DNA of 63,451 bases, filler included, from Choristocarpus tenellus KU-1152 (GCA_964200185.2; 9 parts of 9 records of this genome joined end to end with filler, not necessarily neighbours in it); one strand, 5' to 3'; numbered from the whole stretch's first letter, positions 1-13,461 are shown. Notes: generated from the sequence alone by a model not told the origin. Program-made: numbers and translations.

Positions 1-1996
1 CCTTAAAAAGTGCCGAAACATTTCCAAAAAAGGTCATAAAAGGGGCCCTTCTAAAAAACCTTTCGGTACTTTTTTAAGACCGTTTTCGCAAAACTCATAG
101 TCCCACTCCATCCTCAATTTTGCGAATCCACTGTTATGGGGGAGTGTGCAAAATAAGACAATAGTGAGGTGTACCTTATTTTGTGTATATGAGATTATTG
201 TGTTGGTTGAGTCCATGTGATGTAACTAATGAGATAGTACATGCAGATTATGTATGGGATTATGTATTGGTATTTTTTCCACATTCAACTACTTTGACAT
301 AACTGTTGACTTAGATAGGAAGCACAAATAATAATAAACAAGCAATGAGAAGACACTACACAAAGGTCACTCTTCTCTTCTAATTTCAACCATTTAATCA
401 CGTTCAGCAAAGGGGGTCGTGTGAGGCTTCACACCTTCTTATCTTCACTACTAACAAATAACATTACCTCCCAAGGTAAAATTGCACAGTTTCCGTAGTT
501 AGGATTAGGGAATGGCGAACAATTCCCTCCAATCCGATATTGGAAGTCTTACTGCTCGCTACTTACATTCTCCACCCACAATTAATCTTCGCCACCATAA
601 TCCAGATCTTTTCGCAGTTTATTTCAAGATATAATAATTAGTTTCAAATCCCAACACACTTGTCCGTTGTCAATACAAGTAAACTCTTCTGTGGCGATAA
701 AAGTATCACATTTGTCATGCGATAGGTTGATTATGATGAATCTCTCTCTGCAACATTCTTGATCTTCTGTCAGGTTTGAGGCAATTTGAAATTTGATATT
801 ATCTATGAACATATCCACGATGCATATGTGGTATCTCCATATATATGTGTTTCATTTTGCATTTGGTTTAGCCCTGGAAATGTCAGTCAGTATGAATGAT
901 ATATATCAGATACATCAGCTACAAGTCTGTATGAACTATGGACATGAGAAATTTGTCGGCCAGGGAAAATATGTATCTTCTTACTACCACCTTGAGTCTT
1001 AAGTTGACTATACCGATATCGATTGGATGGGGTGATGTTGTTGCCCAAGACAGAGCGGAAGTTCACCTTTGACGTTGCTTTCGACTTAATAGTATCCAAC
1101 GAAATAGTGTGTAAAAGTGAATAATCTCCCCAAACACTCATGCTCAACATTGTTATCCCAGATATCACCATATTCTTTCCCTCTTCAATCCCTCTTCACC
1201 CTTCCACTTTCATATGAATATTATTATTAAGCCCTTTCATATTTTGGAGATGTGTCTGGGGAAAACCAATGAAAACTATGAACGTGTCAGAAAAAATCCC
1301 TAAAAAAGTGACAGTAGACATAAAATGTGAAAGACATTCATCTACTATATGTTGTACCACAGCCTTCCTGTACCTCCAACCTACCTAAGTCCTGCACTCA
1401 AGGGTGAGGAGTTAGGGAAGCATCTCAAGCATCTAAGAACCTCCTCTTCCATCTTCCTGGTTTCTCCAGTATAAAACACATGCCACTACATAGGGTTACG
1501 TTGTTATTGTTAGTGTGAGCGTCTGGTTCTATCAAGGGAAAAAGTTTTCTGTTCAGTAAAAACCTAATAGTCTGACATTCTAAAAATCTTCTTCTTACAA
1601 TATACCCCTTTACCCCCTTAATGATAAAATAATAAAAACAAAATAGTGTAAGTGTGACAATCCATAGAAGAATAATATTTCTTCATCCGCTTCTGTGCCG
1701 TTTATCACTTTTTCTTTAAGACCAAAGCACAAGGCATAAGAAGAATCCTGAGGATGGCTACTTTCATCTCTATCAACTTGAGAGAACAAACATTCCCACT
1801 ATATTCCATAGTATAACGTACCAATATATATACATATATGAGATTTTGTATGTAGTACATGTCAACTATATATTTTCTGCGTGTGTTTTGGAAGTACTTT
1901 CAAACTACACCACTCTACCCTCCTTCTCTAGTCTCATTCCTTCGATACCGAGGAGGTTTTATTCCCTGCCTTCAATCACACCCCCCACCAACAACC

Positions 1997-4900
1997 ATGA
2001 GGATCTCCTCATGCATGGGCTTGTTTGTAGCTCTAACTCGTGCAGGAGCGCAAGAACAAACACTTCGCATGTTGGTCCCGTTCTACGTCAAGCCCCTGAA
2101 GCCCGATACACCTCCAGGTACACACGCTTAAGTGTTGCTTCGTCTTAACCCTCGAGAAAGAGGGGGGGCGAGGACAGCAAATGTTTGCAGCCTTTTCTCC
2201 GTGGATATTTTCATATGACCGTTTCCCGTCGTTGCCCACAGATTCTCCATCACACAAAACGTTTTCGAGGCTGTAAAGACTTCATGCATAGGCACTAGCT
2301 TATTGTAAATACCTGCACGGGTCGGTAACATCGCACTCCTCAATCCTGTCTACATAATCAACTCGTAGGTGATCTATGGACTGAACTCGAAGTACTCTCA
2401 GACAATGCTTACTACGATGCAATGGAGATTGCGGGTTCATCTGGTGTGGGCATCACCGTGGTCATCAATCCCGCCAATGGACCCTTTGACCCGACTGATA
2501 CTTCCGAGTGGACTTCCACTCTTTACCCTCTGTACCGGGAAAGAGTACCGACTCTAATCAATAAAGGAATAGAAGAGGTGAGATGAATGGTACGAAGTCC
2601 ACATTTTGCATGAGAGTGGCGACAGGAATTTCAGGTCTGGACTAGATATCGACAAGCAATAGAAGGATATTCCTGCCACCAGAAATTCACGCCCCCAGAA
2701 TCCCCTAGACATATCATCTACCCTGAGCATAGGATATGTCCCTTGGGCATATTGTTAATTCCTTATGATACACAGCTCGTTCGTTGCTCCCCTCCCCAGT
2801 CTAACCACCCGCACACGTTGCCTCGCTAATCGATCAAAGTTGATATCTCTACCTACATCTCTTTGTTACTCCAGATTTGCACAGATGTCCTTTCTTTTTC
2901 GTTCTTTGCCATCTCTTTAGGTCCATTTCATTCCAACTTCTTTTTCCTCTTCCCCAACACGTGTACCATTGAATCGTCCTACTACTAGTATCAAAACGTA
3001 CAAGAATAGTGTACTGGGTACTGACGTCTCTATTGTAATATTACGTTTTTTCATGGCCTTGCTGCATTTCAAGGTATTGTGCTATGTTCCCACAGGTTAC
3101 GGAGAGAGGACAGATGTCGAAACTAACATCGATATGTATGCCATCGAGGGATACTTTACTGACCCTGTTGATGGAACACTCTTGTGCGATGGGATTTTCT
3201 TAGATGAGACTTCAGCTGATGCTGCTGAAGTGTCAAAATGTGAGCTCCTAGATACCATCTTTAACCCACACAATCGCTCTTTCGTAAATGGGCAAAGATA
3301 TCTAAGCAAGAAGTGTGCAGGAAAATTGTGCAGTAAACAGTCGATCGACTGTTTTCTTGATATTAGAAATGGAGAGCAACTTGTCAGGCATTTGGTATCC
3401 CATACTTCCCTAGAGTTCACCATTGCCTGTTTGAACATAGTTTTCGATATTGAATGTAGAGTGTCTGTGAACCTTTATGTTATCTTGCCTGCAACATTTT
3501 GGTAGTTATCGCCCCAAACATAACATCTCCAGACTTTCATAATTCTCGACATGGATGGGCATTATACGCAATTAACCAACAATTTTGTTGTGCCAATAAA
3601 CTTGAGTGATTTTTCGTAGAGTGTTGATGCTGGTGATGGTGGAAGTTTGCTTTGAGAGGTCTCTGTTGGAGGGGGAGGGAAAGGGGTGGAAAATACCTTG
3701 CCATTCTGCCTTTGATAAGTCAATCTCACCTTGATTAACAACTTCTACTCCCTCTGCCCTGTCCTCGTCTGTGGGTTCTAATACAAACTCAATTCACAGA
3801 TGACGGCTATTACTCACACGCACAGACTAAGTTCCCTGGCGGGAAGGTGGTATTCAACACAGGATTGACACCCAATGATACTGCTCTCTACTCACCTGGT
3901 GGAAGCAAGGTGGTCATCACCTCGTGAGTTTTTCTACAACAACTGCACTGCCAACAACTTGTCTGGTTGCCCCAACAGACAATTCATGTTGAACTCCCAA
4001 CTTTTTCAAACCTATCCCTCAGGTTGGAGAACTACTTTATTACTCTGCCAGATTCTGCTACTGGTGGGGGGAAGGTCATGCCAGCAGCACCCGCCAGTGG
4101 CACCAGCAGCGCCCAGCACTCTGCCATGATCCACGGTGCTCCTTCCAACATGACCTTGGATGATGTGAGGCCGTCTAGAATTTGATTCTACTGCCTACTA
4201 CTGATCCTGTGCTTGACCAGATTATACCTCTCATTTCTTGTGACTTGCGTCAATCTTTTATTCCCTCGGGAAATATCATACTTGAAGGGATTGCACAATA
4301 TATCAAGTCAAAGTTCCCTGGTACTATTGCTGGTGCATTGTGGATTAACACAGCAGAGAACATTCCAGGAGAATCACAAACACTACAATGGTAGTTATTG
4401 ATCCAGCACTGCGAGTATAAGACTGTCCTAGACCACAAATGTTTCCCCTACCCAGGAACCATAGATTTGTCTGAATTTGATCCGACTTCCATGTTATTAT
4501 GCCAATGAGTGTGCAATTTGCAGGGAATTTTTTCAGTCCTTGAATCTGTCCACATCCATACCTGGCCCTAACTTTCAGATGGTAAGCCTGATGGAAAGTG
4601 CGTACCTCAACAACTGGGGAAGCATCTTCCTTACAGATGACCTGGCGTCAACCACATCTGTGACGGGAGAGGTATGGCAATGGCCTTATCAAGCTTGGTG
4701 GACTTGGTGGTACTTGAGAGTTTGATCAGAAACCTGGTAACATATTACATAGATTTGCACAGTTCGATTGGTCATTGAAAATTCTTCTTGCAATGGCACA
4801 ACTGTATTGTTATTCAAGACATGCAATTGCCCTGTGTGGCAGAACTCCCTAGAGAAATTAGCCAGCAACTTGGCTATGTAAGAATGGTTTATGAGATGTG

Positions 4901-6892
4901 CTGTAAATTCATCTATTCATTAAAATGCCTAAAATAATACTGTATTGTGATCAATTTGCCATGCTGCGCCACTTCAGCTGATTCACCTCAACCCATGGGA
5001 TACAGTGCCGAGTTTCTTATCCACTCTGTTGGAGGCAATATTGATGGTATCAGGATCCGTTCCCACAGGTGGGTTCCATTTGTCTGCATGGTACACTACA
5101 TAATGTGTGCACACTGAATCATTTGTGCACCATTGCAGTAGTTCTGGGTGAACCATAGGATGTATTTTACTACTTCGAAGTAAAGAGCTTGTAAGGGCTC
5201 AAGTCTTGTTGGTAATAAACTATGTTTCCTTTCACTCGAGGCAAATATGTGCAAGGCCAATTTGTTATCTGCACTAGAGTTGATAGAAAATAGGGGTGAT
5301 ATCTGGAAGTCCTTATCTCCATCAGCTCCAAACCATAATCCCTGTATCCCACAGATATCACACCTTCAGAACTGGTTCATGCTTCTGTTTCTTTTCTTCT
5401 GTGTTTTTCACCATACAGTTCTACTATCATAGGCTCAACACAAAGTGCTTGCCCTATCTCATAACCGCAGTATGGACCACTGTGTCTGAAATTGAGCGAT
5501 CGAGTGCTTGTAATGTACCTCTCATCGACAAAGAATGATGTTGATACTGTATACTTCATTCAATCACCAGATCCTTGTGCTACAAATCCATGCCTCAACA
5601 ATGGCACATGCAATGAGGATGGTACGTGCACCTGTGTGGATCCCTACTTTGGGGACACTTGCAATGAATTGGTTGGTGAGTGTAGCTGCTGAGATTTATG
5701 TGAGAGCTGGTCTGTGCATGGCACATTTTAGTATCGCACAGGTATCACAACTTCGGAACTGGTTGGTGTTTCTTTTCTTTTCTTCTGTGTTTTTCACCAT
5801 ACAGTTCTACTCTCATAGGCTCAACACAAAGTGCTTGCCTTATCCCATATCCTCTGTATGGATCACTGTGTTTGAAATTGCATGATCGAGTACTTGTAAT
5901 GTACCTCTAATCAACAAAGAATGATGTCGACACTGTATACTTCATTCAATCACCAGATCCTTGTGCTACAAATCCATGCCTCAACAATGGCACATGCAAT
6001 GAGGATGGTACGTGCACTTGTGTGGATCCCTACTTTGGGGACACTTGCAATGAATTGGTTGGTGAGTGTAGCTGCTGAGATTTATGTGAGAGCTGGTCTG
6101 TGCATGGCCCATTTCCATAGCTTGCCTGCAATTCCTTTGAGTGATACACCATTCTTTTGAAGTATAGAGTGCCATAAAGACGGGCGATTGGAAATGCAAT
6201 GATCGTTTCTCTTAAATGTTCTAAGATATCAAGTTCAGAAACACGTAAGGCAACATGGAGTAGGTCCAAGTTTCGGCGAGAGACTGCCGAGACATGTAAA
6301 CATCACTCTTCCCTTCTACTTGCTCTTTGCGTGTTGTACTTTCCCAGATTATACCTGCATCCCCCTAGGAGAGATGACCTGCGAGCATAATTGTGACTGT
6401 TGCAGAGACAGCAGCACGAAGAAGGACATCAAATGCGGGAAGAGAGGAAACTGCTGCGTCAGGGCGGAAAAGAGTTGTGAAAAAGACAGGTGAGAATTAA
6501 TCTACGTTTAATATACATTTCCCAATTGTTGAAGATGGTAGGCAGTAAAGGTACCTTTGAACAACCTTTGCAAAACAAAATGATCTACTTTGTGGGTGCG
6601 ATGCTGCACGTAGGATGGCATGATAGATAAATCTAACTTGCAGGCAGGTACTGAGGTAGTCAGAGAGTGTTGCCCTATGCTATCGTACAGATGGCTAAGG
6701 AAGTGAAGGATATCTTTTTGGGTTGAGGTTGCGACATATTTCTTACTTGTGCACCCCTTGGCCCTGCCTCCTTGCTATTGGTCTATAAGTGAATGCTGTG
6801 GAAAGATGACATGTGAAGAATGGAAATGCAAAAGGCCAGACTACAAGTATATGGATGGGAGGAGAGACGGAGGAGGAGGGAGACACGGCTAG
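1997..6892 (+). CDS. Secreted spherulation-specific family 4 (spherulin-4 / GH135, Sph3-like) glycoside hydrolase with 2 EGF-like and 2 cystine-knot-like C-terminal modules, 466 aa, 11 exons
   Basis: Exons 1997-2117, 2369-2577, 3074-3239, 3800-3923, 4023-4164, 4579-4671, 4978-5068, 5571-5675, 5957-6061, 6348-6489, 6790-6892. All introns GT-AG with matching phases; 1401 nt ATG to TAG. Signal-peptide-like N-terminus, then Sph4 motifs in order: LVPFY..P, VVINPANGP, VLCYVPTGYGER, DGIFLDE, VVFNTG, VITSLEN, GSIFLTDD, NPWDTVPSF. Confidence 0.88.
5345..6110 (+). repeat. Tandem duplication (period 386 bp) of an intron + EGF-exon unit
   Basis: Near-identical phase-1 exons DPCATNPCLNNGTCNEDGTCTCVDPYFGDTCNELV at 5571-5675 and 5957-6061, with the flanking intron sequence also duplicated. 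Confidence 0.93.
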
Positions 6893-7189
6893 TCTCAAAC
6901 ATCGATTTCACTACTATGTATCTCTATCTGACTTAGGGACATAGTATGAGCTTTGTGGGTGTAGTGGAAGGAAACGGTGGGTCTCATAGTGCATGCATCT
7001 CCTGTCCAGCCTATATATTTAAGACACCTGAGCAATTATGTTTTGTGCCAGGTGTAGGGAGTGCTACAGCAGGCAACAGGTCGAGTAATGATAATGATTT
7101 TTGGTGGATTGAGATGAACCATGATGGCGATGCTGAACTAACAATGCGCATATTGATAACATATTTTTCTTCAATTCTTGTAAATGTGA

Positions 7190-7950
7190 CTTGTGCGTGT
7201 TTGTGAGAAAGGGTCAATGAAGAGCAACACTGATAAGGATTAGTGAATCTCCTTGTCTGATGCTCATTTCCAATACTTTGAATTTGCCAATCTGCCCCTC
7301 CCAAATTGTTGTATCTGTGATTAGTTGAATTCCAGGCATGTCAGACAGGTTTTCCTACGGGTTGAAGCCAAAGGCTCCTTTCTTTTGAAGAATGTGTTTA
7401 TGACCTTAGCACTGTATCAGTAGATCTACCACATTACCAATACATCTCTGTGCTTTTGTGATTGGTCCATAATATTCTGAATGTATGGCCTTCTGACAAA
7501 TAACCTGGAGCTATTTGCAGCACACATGGTAATAGTACTTGTAAGTCATGTACAGATTAGCTTGGTAACAATAAAAAAATTCTAATTATCTTTTTGGCAT
7601 TTTGTTGGAAACACGGCCCCACTTGCATCAGGCAGTACAGGAATGACTTTTTGGCGACATTTGTTACTCGCTTTTCTCATTTACTTCACGAAGAAGACAT
7701 GAGTATTGCTCAAGTCTTAATGGGCTTTTTGACTCATGTTAAACGTTTCACACTGTTGGCTGGGGATTAGCGGTTACCATGCTTCGTGGAGGAATACTTA
7801 TGGTTGAACACATGTTTTATATTATTTTTTTGCGACCTTTTGGTTTGTGCGTGTATTTCATGTATTTTCATCGGTCCCAGCAGTGGGGCCGGCCTTGGCC
7901 TGGACATTTTAAAACAGTTGATGGTCGTGGGTAAAAAATTGTTCTTGTAT
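7190..7950 (-). mobile_element. Degenerate non-LTR (LINE) reverse transcriptase relic
   Basis: Frameshifted minus-strand pieces TYKY.., CGRSTDTV and SIRQGDSL..LLFIDPF follow RT motif order; many stops. Confidence 0.4.
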
Positions 7951-8749
7951 TGTATTGGTGAAAATGGATCAAGCTGGATTGGTCAAGATATGATAAAATA
8001 TATTTCCAAATATATGTGCGGAAAAGAAACATTTCCCTTCTATATACCTTCAGTCACCCTCTTCTCAATCTTTGCGACAAATTTAATTGCAATGTGACGG
8101 GTTGTCCTCGTTTCCAATCGATGTCATACATGTTTCTGCAGTACCGCCCATACCTTGTTTGGATACAATCCGGTCCTCTGTCCAGTCTGCTGGTCTCTCC
8201 GCATTTGTGTCCCAACCTGATGCATAGCAGCCCTATGTCAGTCCTCATTGCCCCCTCCTCCAGTTGAGAATCCCCTCCCACTCCCCCCCCACCACTCCTT
8301 TTTCGCACTGAGGACCACTCCACCCTCCCCACCCTTTCCTCCTCCGCCCAGTCCAGCAAAGTCTGTAGGCTTTACTGCTTCAACAATCCTGACCTCTTAG
8401 AGGGGGCTTCATCCGCTGTCATGTCCCTCTTCATGCCTGGTATCCTTGCTGATCCCGCTTCTGCAACCAAATTCCTCTCCACTACGCTTCAATCATACTT
8501 TGTCAATACCGTTCTTCCCCACCAGACACACTTGGCATGTTTGTGTGCAACACCTCAACCATACCTACTGAACCTCAGGAACTCCCCTCCCACACTGACA
8601 ACTCCCTTACCACCCAAGAGAGGCATCTCTACCAGATCCTGTTGGTAGCTTTCTCTACCTTTCCATTTGCACCTGCCCTGGCATCTCCCACATCAAAATG
8701 GGCCAAAGTATATTTGGAGAGGGGGGAGATCTAGCACAAGTTGCCTATT

Positions 8750-9170
8750 CGCACCTTGAGCTGGTAATGTGAAAATAGCCTGTTTGATGCTATTCTTTGA
8801 GCTGATGTTATGAGAAAGTGTACAACAAAGGGCACGTTGGATTGATGCTCCGCCTTTAAAATTGGGACTGGAAAGAAGGTTACGGTCGGCCCATTTATCT
8901 GTCCATGACTTTGGTGCTTCAGTAATCCTTCAGGGGAAAGAGAAGACTGGTCCGTTTTTTTTTTATTATATTCCTATGGATGAAGCATATGTGAAGGTGA
9001 TTGTTTTTTGTTGAGACTAACGTACTCAGTTTTTTTGTGAAACACACACTGCCACACCAATGTCCCGAGAATGTAATCTCGAAGGCATGAGTGTACAACC
9101 GATCAGGAATGTGTCTGTTGTACAGTATTGAAGATGGTGCATGAATGACCATGGTACAAGAGGACATCCC
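8750..9170 (-). mobile_element. Possible LTR-retrotransposon integrase relic
   Basis: RHIPDRLYTHAFEITFSGHW loosely resembles the rve core G.P..I.SD.G..F.S..W; highly decayed. Confidence 0.3.
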
Positions 9171-9654
9171 ATCGCATAGTAATATCTATGAATCTATTAT
9201 GGAATACAACGTTTAAAACACACATGCAACATTTAATCCAAATTGAATCCAATGTTGGAAGTTCTATTCAAATGAAACAATTCATCACAAAGAGCAGTAA
9301 GCATAATATGAGAAATACTTGGAGTATATAAATTAAGTACAACAATAGTAGTGAGAACAAGAGGGAGATGTAGCACACATCTACGTTAAAAGTAGAAAAT
9401 CACTAACCAAATGTGAAAAAGTTGGAATCAGGTGGTCAGGTTCTTCAGACTGAAGGGGACCAGGAAGGGGAGAGGGAAGACCCACAGGAGGAAGGGAAAG
9501 AAGAGAGAGGAGGCAGGATGTTGAGCAACCCTCAGAAGGTCACTCAGGGAAGGAGTGAACAACAGGAAAGTGATTGACGGGGGTTTGTAAGCTCCACTCA
9601 AATCACCCGATATTGGCTTCAGTGCTGACGTCATACGAAGTTAAGGCATTTCAG

Positions 9655-9862
9655 AGTTTTTCGATTTTGATAAATTTTGGCTACTGTGTTTGTTAGCAAG
9701 TTGCACTATCCTTGCTCTGGACACACGTTTCGCAGTCGTACACATTCTGGGTAACTGTATTCACACAGAAAACCGAAAAAGGGCAAATAAACCCCGTGAG
9801 AAGCCAATCCCCGACCGGACAAACAGGGCAAAATTCTTACCCTCTTAAAGATGCTTTAACTC
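9655..9862. mobile_element. MITE family A2, partial copy
   Basis: Matches 43251-43507 (centre GTAACTGTnTTCACACAGAAAACCGAAAAAGGG); ends in TIR ...ATGCTTTAACTC. Confidence 0.75.
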
Positions 9863-10287
9863 ATGACGCAACAGACCCTGAGCTGTATCTTCAAGGAAGG
9901 GAACTCAATACCTTAGTCGGAAGGTGACTATCACAAGTATCATGTATGAAAAAACGCTCCAACACTAATTATACCCAACTTCTTGACTAGAACACATTAA
10001 TAATTACAAGAATTAAGGAAAATGCTACACTCAAGAAAAATATGGGTGGTACATCATCTCATGTTGTCCCTCTTCTATTTCATCGTCATGTGGGACTTAT
10101 CCAGAAAGAGGTTCTGTATTTCATTCTCTGTGCAACAACCACTGGTATACAAAACCACTCACTTTGTCTCACAGAACACACAATTCATACACCAATATCC
10201 ATACCAATGAGCACTTCATTACCCACTAGTACTTGTAGGACAACTCCCTAAGAAAAATCTACCCTAACCTCATGCCAGCCAAGTACA

Positions 10288-10543
10288 GGGTGCAAATATC
10301 TTAGAGGGTACGAGTTTTGCCCTGTTTGTCCGTTTGGGGCTTGACTTCCCACGGATTTTTATGTCATATTCCTACTCCGAAATGTTTCAGAGTAGGTAAT
10401 ATGTTTACATTATGAAAGGTGTGTCCGGAACAAGGATATTGACACTTCCTACCAAACACAATAGTCAAACTTACATCAAACTTGCAAAATTGGATTTTGG
10501 AACCCAAATGGACACGACTCTACCCTCCAAGTTACTTTGACTC
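10288..10543. mobile_element. MITE family A, full length, diverged
   Basis: Both TIRs and the internal CCTACTCCGAAA..TTCAGAGTAGG palindrome are present. Confidence 0.85.
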
Positions 10544-10637
10544 TCACAGTATTTGTGACGCTGGGGTATTCAAACAGACCGCCACCAACCGCACAATTTG
10601 TTAAGTGAGCACAGAATTGGCCTTCACTTACCTTCTA

Positions 10638-10708
10638 GGGTCAAAGTATCTGGGGGGGGGGGGGGGGGGGCGTCCGTTTTTCACCCTTTTTTTCATTTTC
10701 CCTTTTTT
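10638..10708. mobile_element. MITE family C terminus at contig end
   Basis: GGGTCAAAGTATCTGGGG followed by a poly-G tract. Confidence 0.7.
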
Positions 10709-10808
10709 NNNNNNNNNNNNNNNNNNNNNNNNNNNNNNNNNNNNNNNNNNNNTTAATTAATTAANNNNNNNNNNNNNNNNNNNNNNNNNNNNNNNNNNNN
10801 NNNNNNNN
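10709..10808. other. Artificial contig linker N-TTAATTAATTAA-N (also 13462-13561, 19085-19184, 22301-22400, 35291-35390, 41840-41939, 53322-53421, 57374-57473)
   Basis: The same 100-bp spacer, with stops in all six frames, occurs eight times. Confidence 0.98.
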
Positions 10809-10977
10809 TTTTAGAGTAGGTGAAATATTTATGTTATGAAAAGGTGTGTATGGAACAAGGATATTGACACTCCCTAACATACACAACAGCCAAAATTTAA
10901 TCAAAATCGCAACATTGGATTTTGCCCCAAACAGACAACAAACAGACTCGACCCTAACCTCTAAGATACTTTGATTC
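10809..10977. mobile_element. MITE family A, partial (contig start)
   Basis: One half of family A, ending CTCTAAGATACTTTGATTC. Confidence 0.8.
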
Positions 10978-11324
10978 ACATAGTGATTGTCATAAACGTA
11001 CAAGTCGATAAAAAGTGACTCTTTACGAAATAGTGGTTACCACAAACCACTTTGAAGGGATAGGCCACTTTACACGTCCGTTAGGTTTTTTTTTAATACT
11101 AAATCCACTGAAACCCGTGCTTAGGTGTTATTAAACACCAAGAACGCACTTTAGGGGTCTCACACGTTTCCAACTTTCAGAAAACCTAAGAAGTCCTTCC
11201 AACTGGTACCCACTATTTAAATAAACCCTAAATCCACTTTTTGGCATCTTTAGGGTTTAAATAAAGACTAGATAACATCAAAAAGCGGATCTATGTTATT
11301 CGCGGTTACCGGCAACTATGTTTA

Positions 11325-11978
11325 CCGTTGAACACTCAGAACACGTGCGATAGGGTTCTTCCAAAAGTAGAATGATATTCTAATCTTTACACCAACAAAT
11401 ACAGATACAAACCACATCCTTCATTGATCTAATAGTTCAAAACGTACGAAACGAAAAGGTCACAAAAATACAGACACTTTCTGTCCCGGTTCAATATGGA
11501 ATCCTATGCTGTTTGATATTCGTGTTTTTGTAACGCAATTCTCATAAAAAATGTGAATTCTGAGTTTTGAGGATCGACAGACCAGACGACATAAAACAGC
11601 ACCTCCCATCCCTCAGTCCTCATTTCAATTCATTCCCTTCAGTAGATACCGCCGTTGAACACTCAGAACACGTGCGTTAGGGTTCTTCCAAAAGTAGAAT
11701 GATATTCTAATCTTTACACCAACAAATACAGATACAAACCACATCCTTTATTGATCTAATAGTTCGAAACGTACAAAATGAAAAGGTCACAAAAATACAG
11801 ACACTCTCTGTCCCGGTTCAATATGGAATCCTATGCTGTTTGATATTCGTGTTTTTGTAACGCAATTCTCATAAAAAAATGTGAAATCTGAGTTTTGAGG
11901 ATCGACAGACCAGACGACATAAAACAGCACCTCCCATCCCTCAGTCCTCATTTCAATTCATTCCCTTCCGTGGATACC
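11325..11978 (+). repeat. Direct tandem duplication, period 327 bp
   Basis: CCGTTGAACACTCAGAACACGTGCG... starts at 11325 and again at 11652; few substitutions. Confidence 0.95.
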
Positions 11979-12185
11979 ACGCAGACCTCTTACTTATCCA
12001 TCCCCATCACACACCCCCAATCTTTGCCATGTCGAACATTCCAAGAACAACAACCCACCCGCCCGCCAATGGGAAACGTTTGGAATCCAGAACGCAGGAC
12101 CTACCCCCTACTGGCATGTCCCAGCTATTGTATGAACATTATCTGGGCTCATACAAGATGAAACTTGTTCACGTCACATGCACAG

Positions 12186-12921
12186 ATATGGTGCGTCCTT
12201 TAAGCGAGTGTGGCCTTGCGCGAAGTCTATAAAGGAGAAAGGCTGGCTGGATCAGTTTGCTCCAAGTGTTGTCATTCAGCGAGAAAGTTTAGGTAATATG
12301 GATGAGCTAAACGCCGATACTGCGCTTGCCATTGAAGGGCGTGTATTGGACAGAAACCATAGAGTAAAGGTGCTGAAGAGAGTGTTTGATCCCGAGCATG
12401 CTTTCAGCATGCGGATCTACATGGAGTTCGCGCAAACGGAAGAGAGGCTAATTTCCAACGGTGGGTGATGGACTGTTTTCGTTGTTCCATAATCACCTGA
12501 CCGTTCTGATCAACTAAGCACCGAAGTAATGTAATGTTTTCGTTGTTCCGTGATCGCCTGATGACTATTCTGATATACGAAGTTGTTGTCGAGTTTCCTT
12601 TGCTAAGTTCATTGTCAGTCAGCCCATTGTGGATATTTTCGTTGCTCATCTTTTTTATCCCTCGCGGTATTCCTGTCCACAGCAACGTGTTTCTCAAAAA
12701 ATACTTGCCGCATGTGTCCCGCGATCGCTCCCCACCTAACCCTTGTCCCGTTCGCCCACTGCACCGCCATGCTTATAGCACTCAACGACGCGACCGAGAG
12801 TGTGGTTGAGTGCACGTTATACGATAAGATATATTTTCAGGACAAGTTCCAAGAATCTATCAAGCGACAGACGAAGAAGAAAGAAATGTCACTAGGAGAG
12901 ATCCGCAGAATGTACCAAAAG
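12186..12921 (+). CDS. Putative internal exons of an unidentified gene
   Basis: 12186-12460 (cag|...|gtgggt) and 12683-12921 (cag|...|gtgaga) are phase-compatible and stop-free: YGASFKRVWP...ERLISN / ATCFSKNTCRMCP...EIRRMYQK. No family recognised. Confidence 0.45.
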
Positions 12922-13309
12922 GTGAGAGAGTTGTCGACATTGGTGGGATGGTTGCACTCTACTCCTCCTCTAGTTGGGTTACAGCTGTTGCGAGATATCC
13001 CTGTGTCGAACTATTCAACCTAAGTTGAGATAGTTATCCTGCATTTATACCCTGTCAACCAACTTATTGATCTTCGGGTGACAATGTAGGATGTATGTGT
13101 GGTTAACCACAGACGTGCAATAAAATTATTTCTTGATTGTTTTATCAACGGTATTGCCTGAACCCTCCCCCCTCCACACACACACACATATACCGCGTTG
13201 GCATGGTAATAACGATGCCTCATCCTCGCTGGCTGGGTGCATAATGCTTCCGTTTTCTGCCCATCGCAAAGGTGGGCGTTACTACCCCATCGAAATCAAC
13301 TCTACGAAA

Positions 13310-13461
13310 GGTTCAAAGTATCTGGGAGGGGGGGTTGGCTGTCCATTTGGGGTCAATTTTTTCATATCGTGATTTTTGGGTGATTTGGTTGCCATACGTC
13401 GGATGGATAATGCAAATGCACTTTTCCCGATTTTGGTCCAAATGGACACCCTCGTGTAGAC
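13310..13461. mobile_element. MITE family C, truncated by contig end
   Basis: GGTTCAAAGTATCTGGGAGG TIR; body matches 38609-38785. Confidence 0.85.

Noticed and set aside
400-1200. Minus-strand broken ORFs as a transposase
   Set aside because: No diagnostic motif recognised; left unassigned.
10709-10808. Repeated TTAATTAATTAA motif as a biological element
   Set aside because: Always centred in the same 100-bp N spacer, so it is a concatenation linker. Gene neighbourhoods across linkers carry no meaning.
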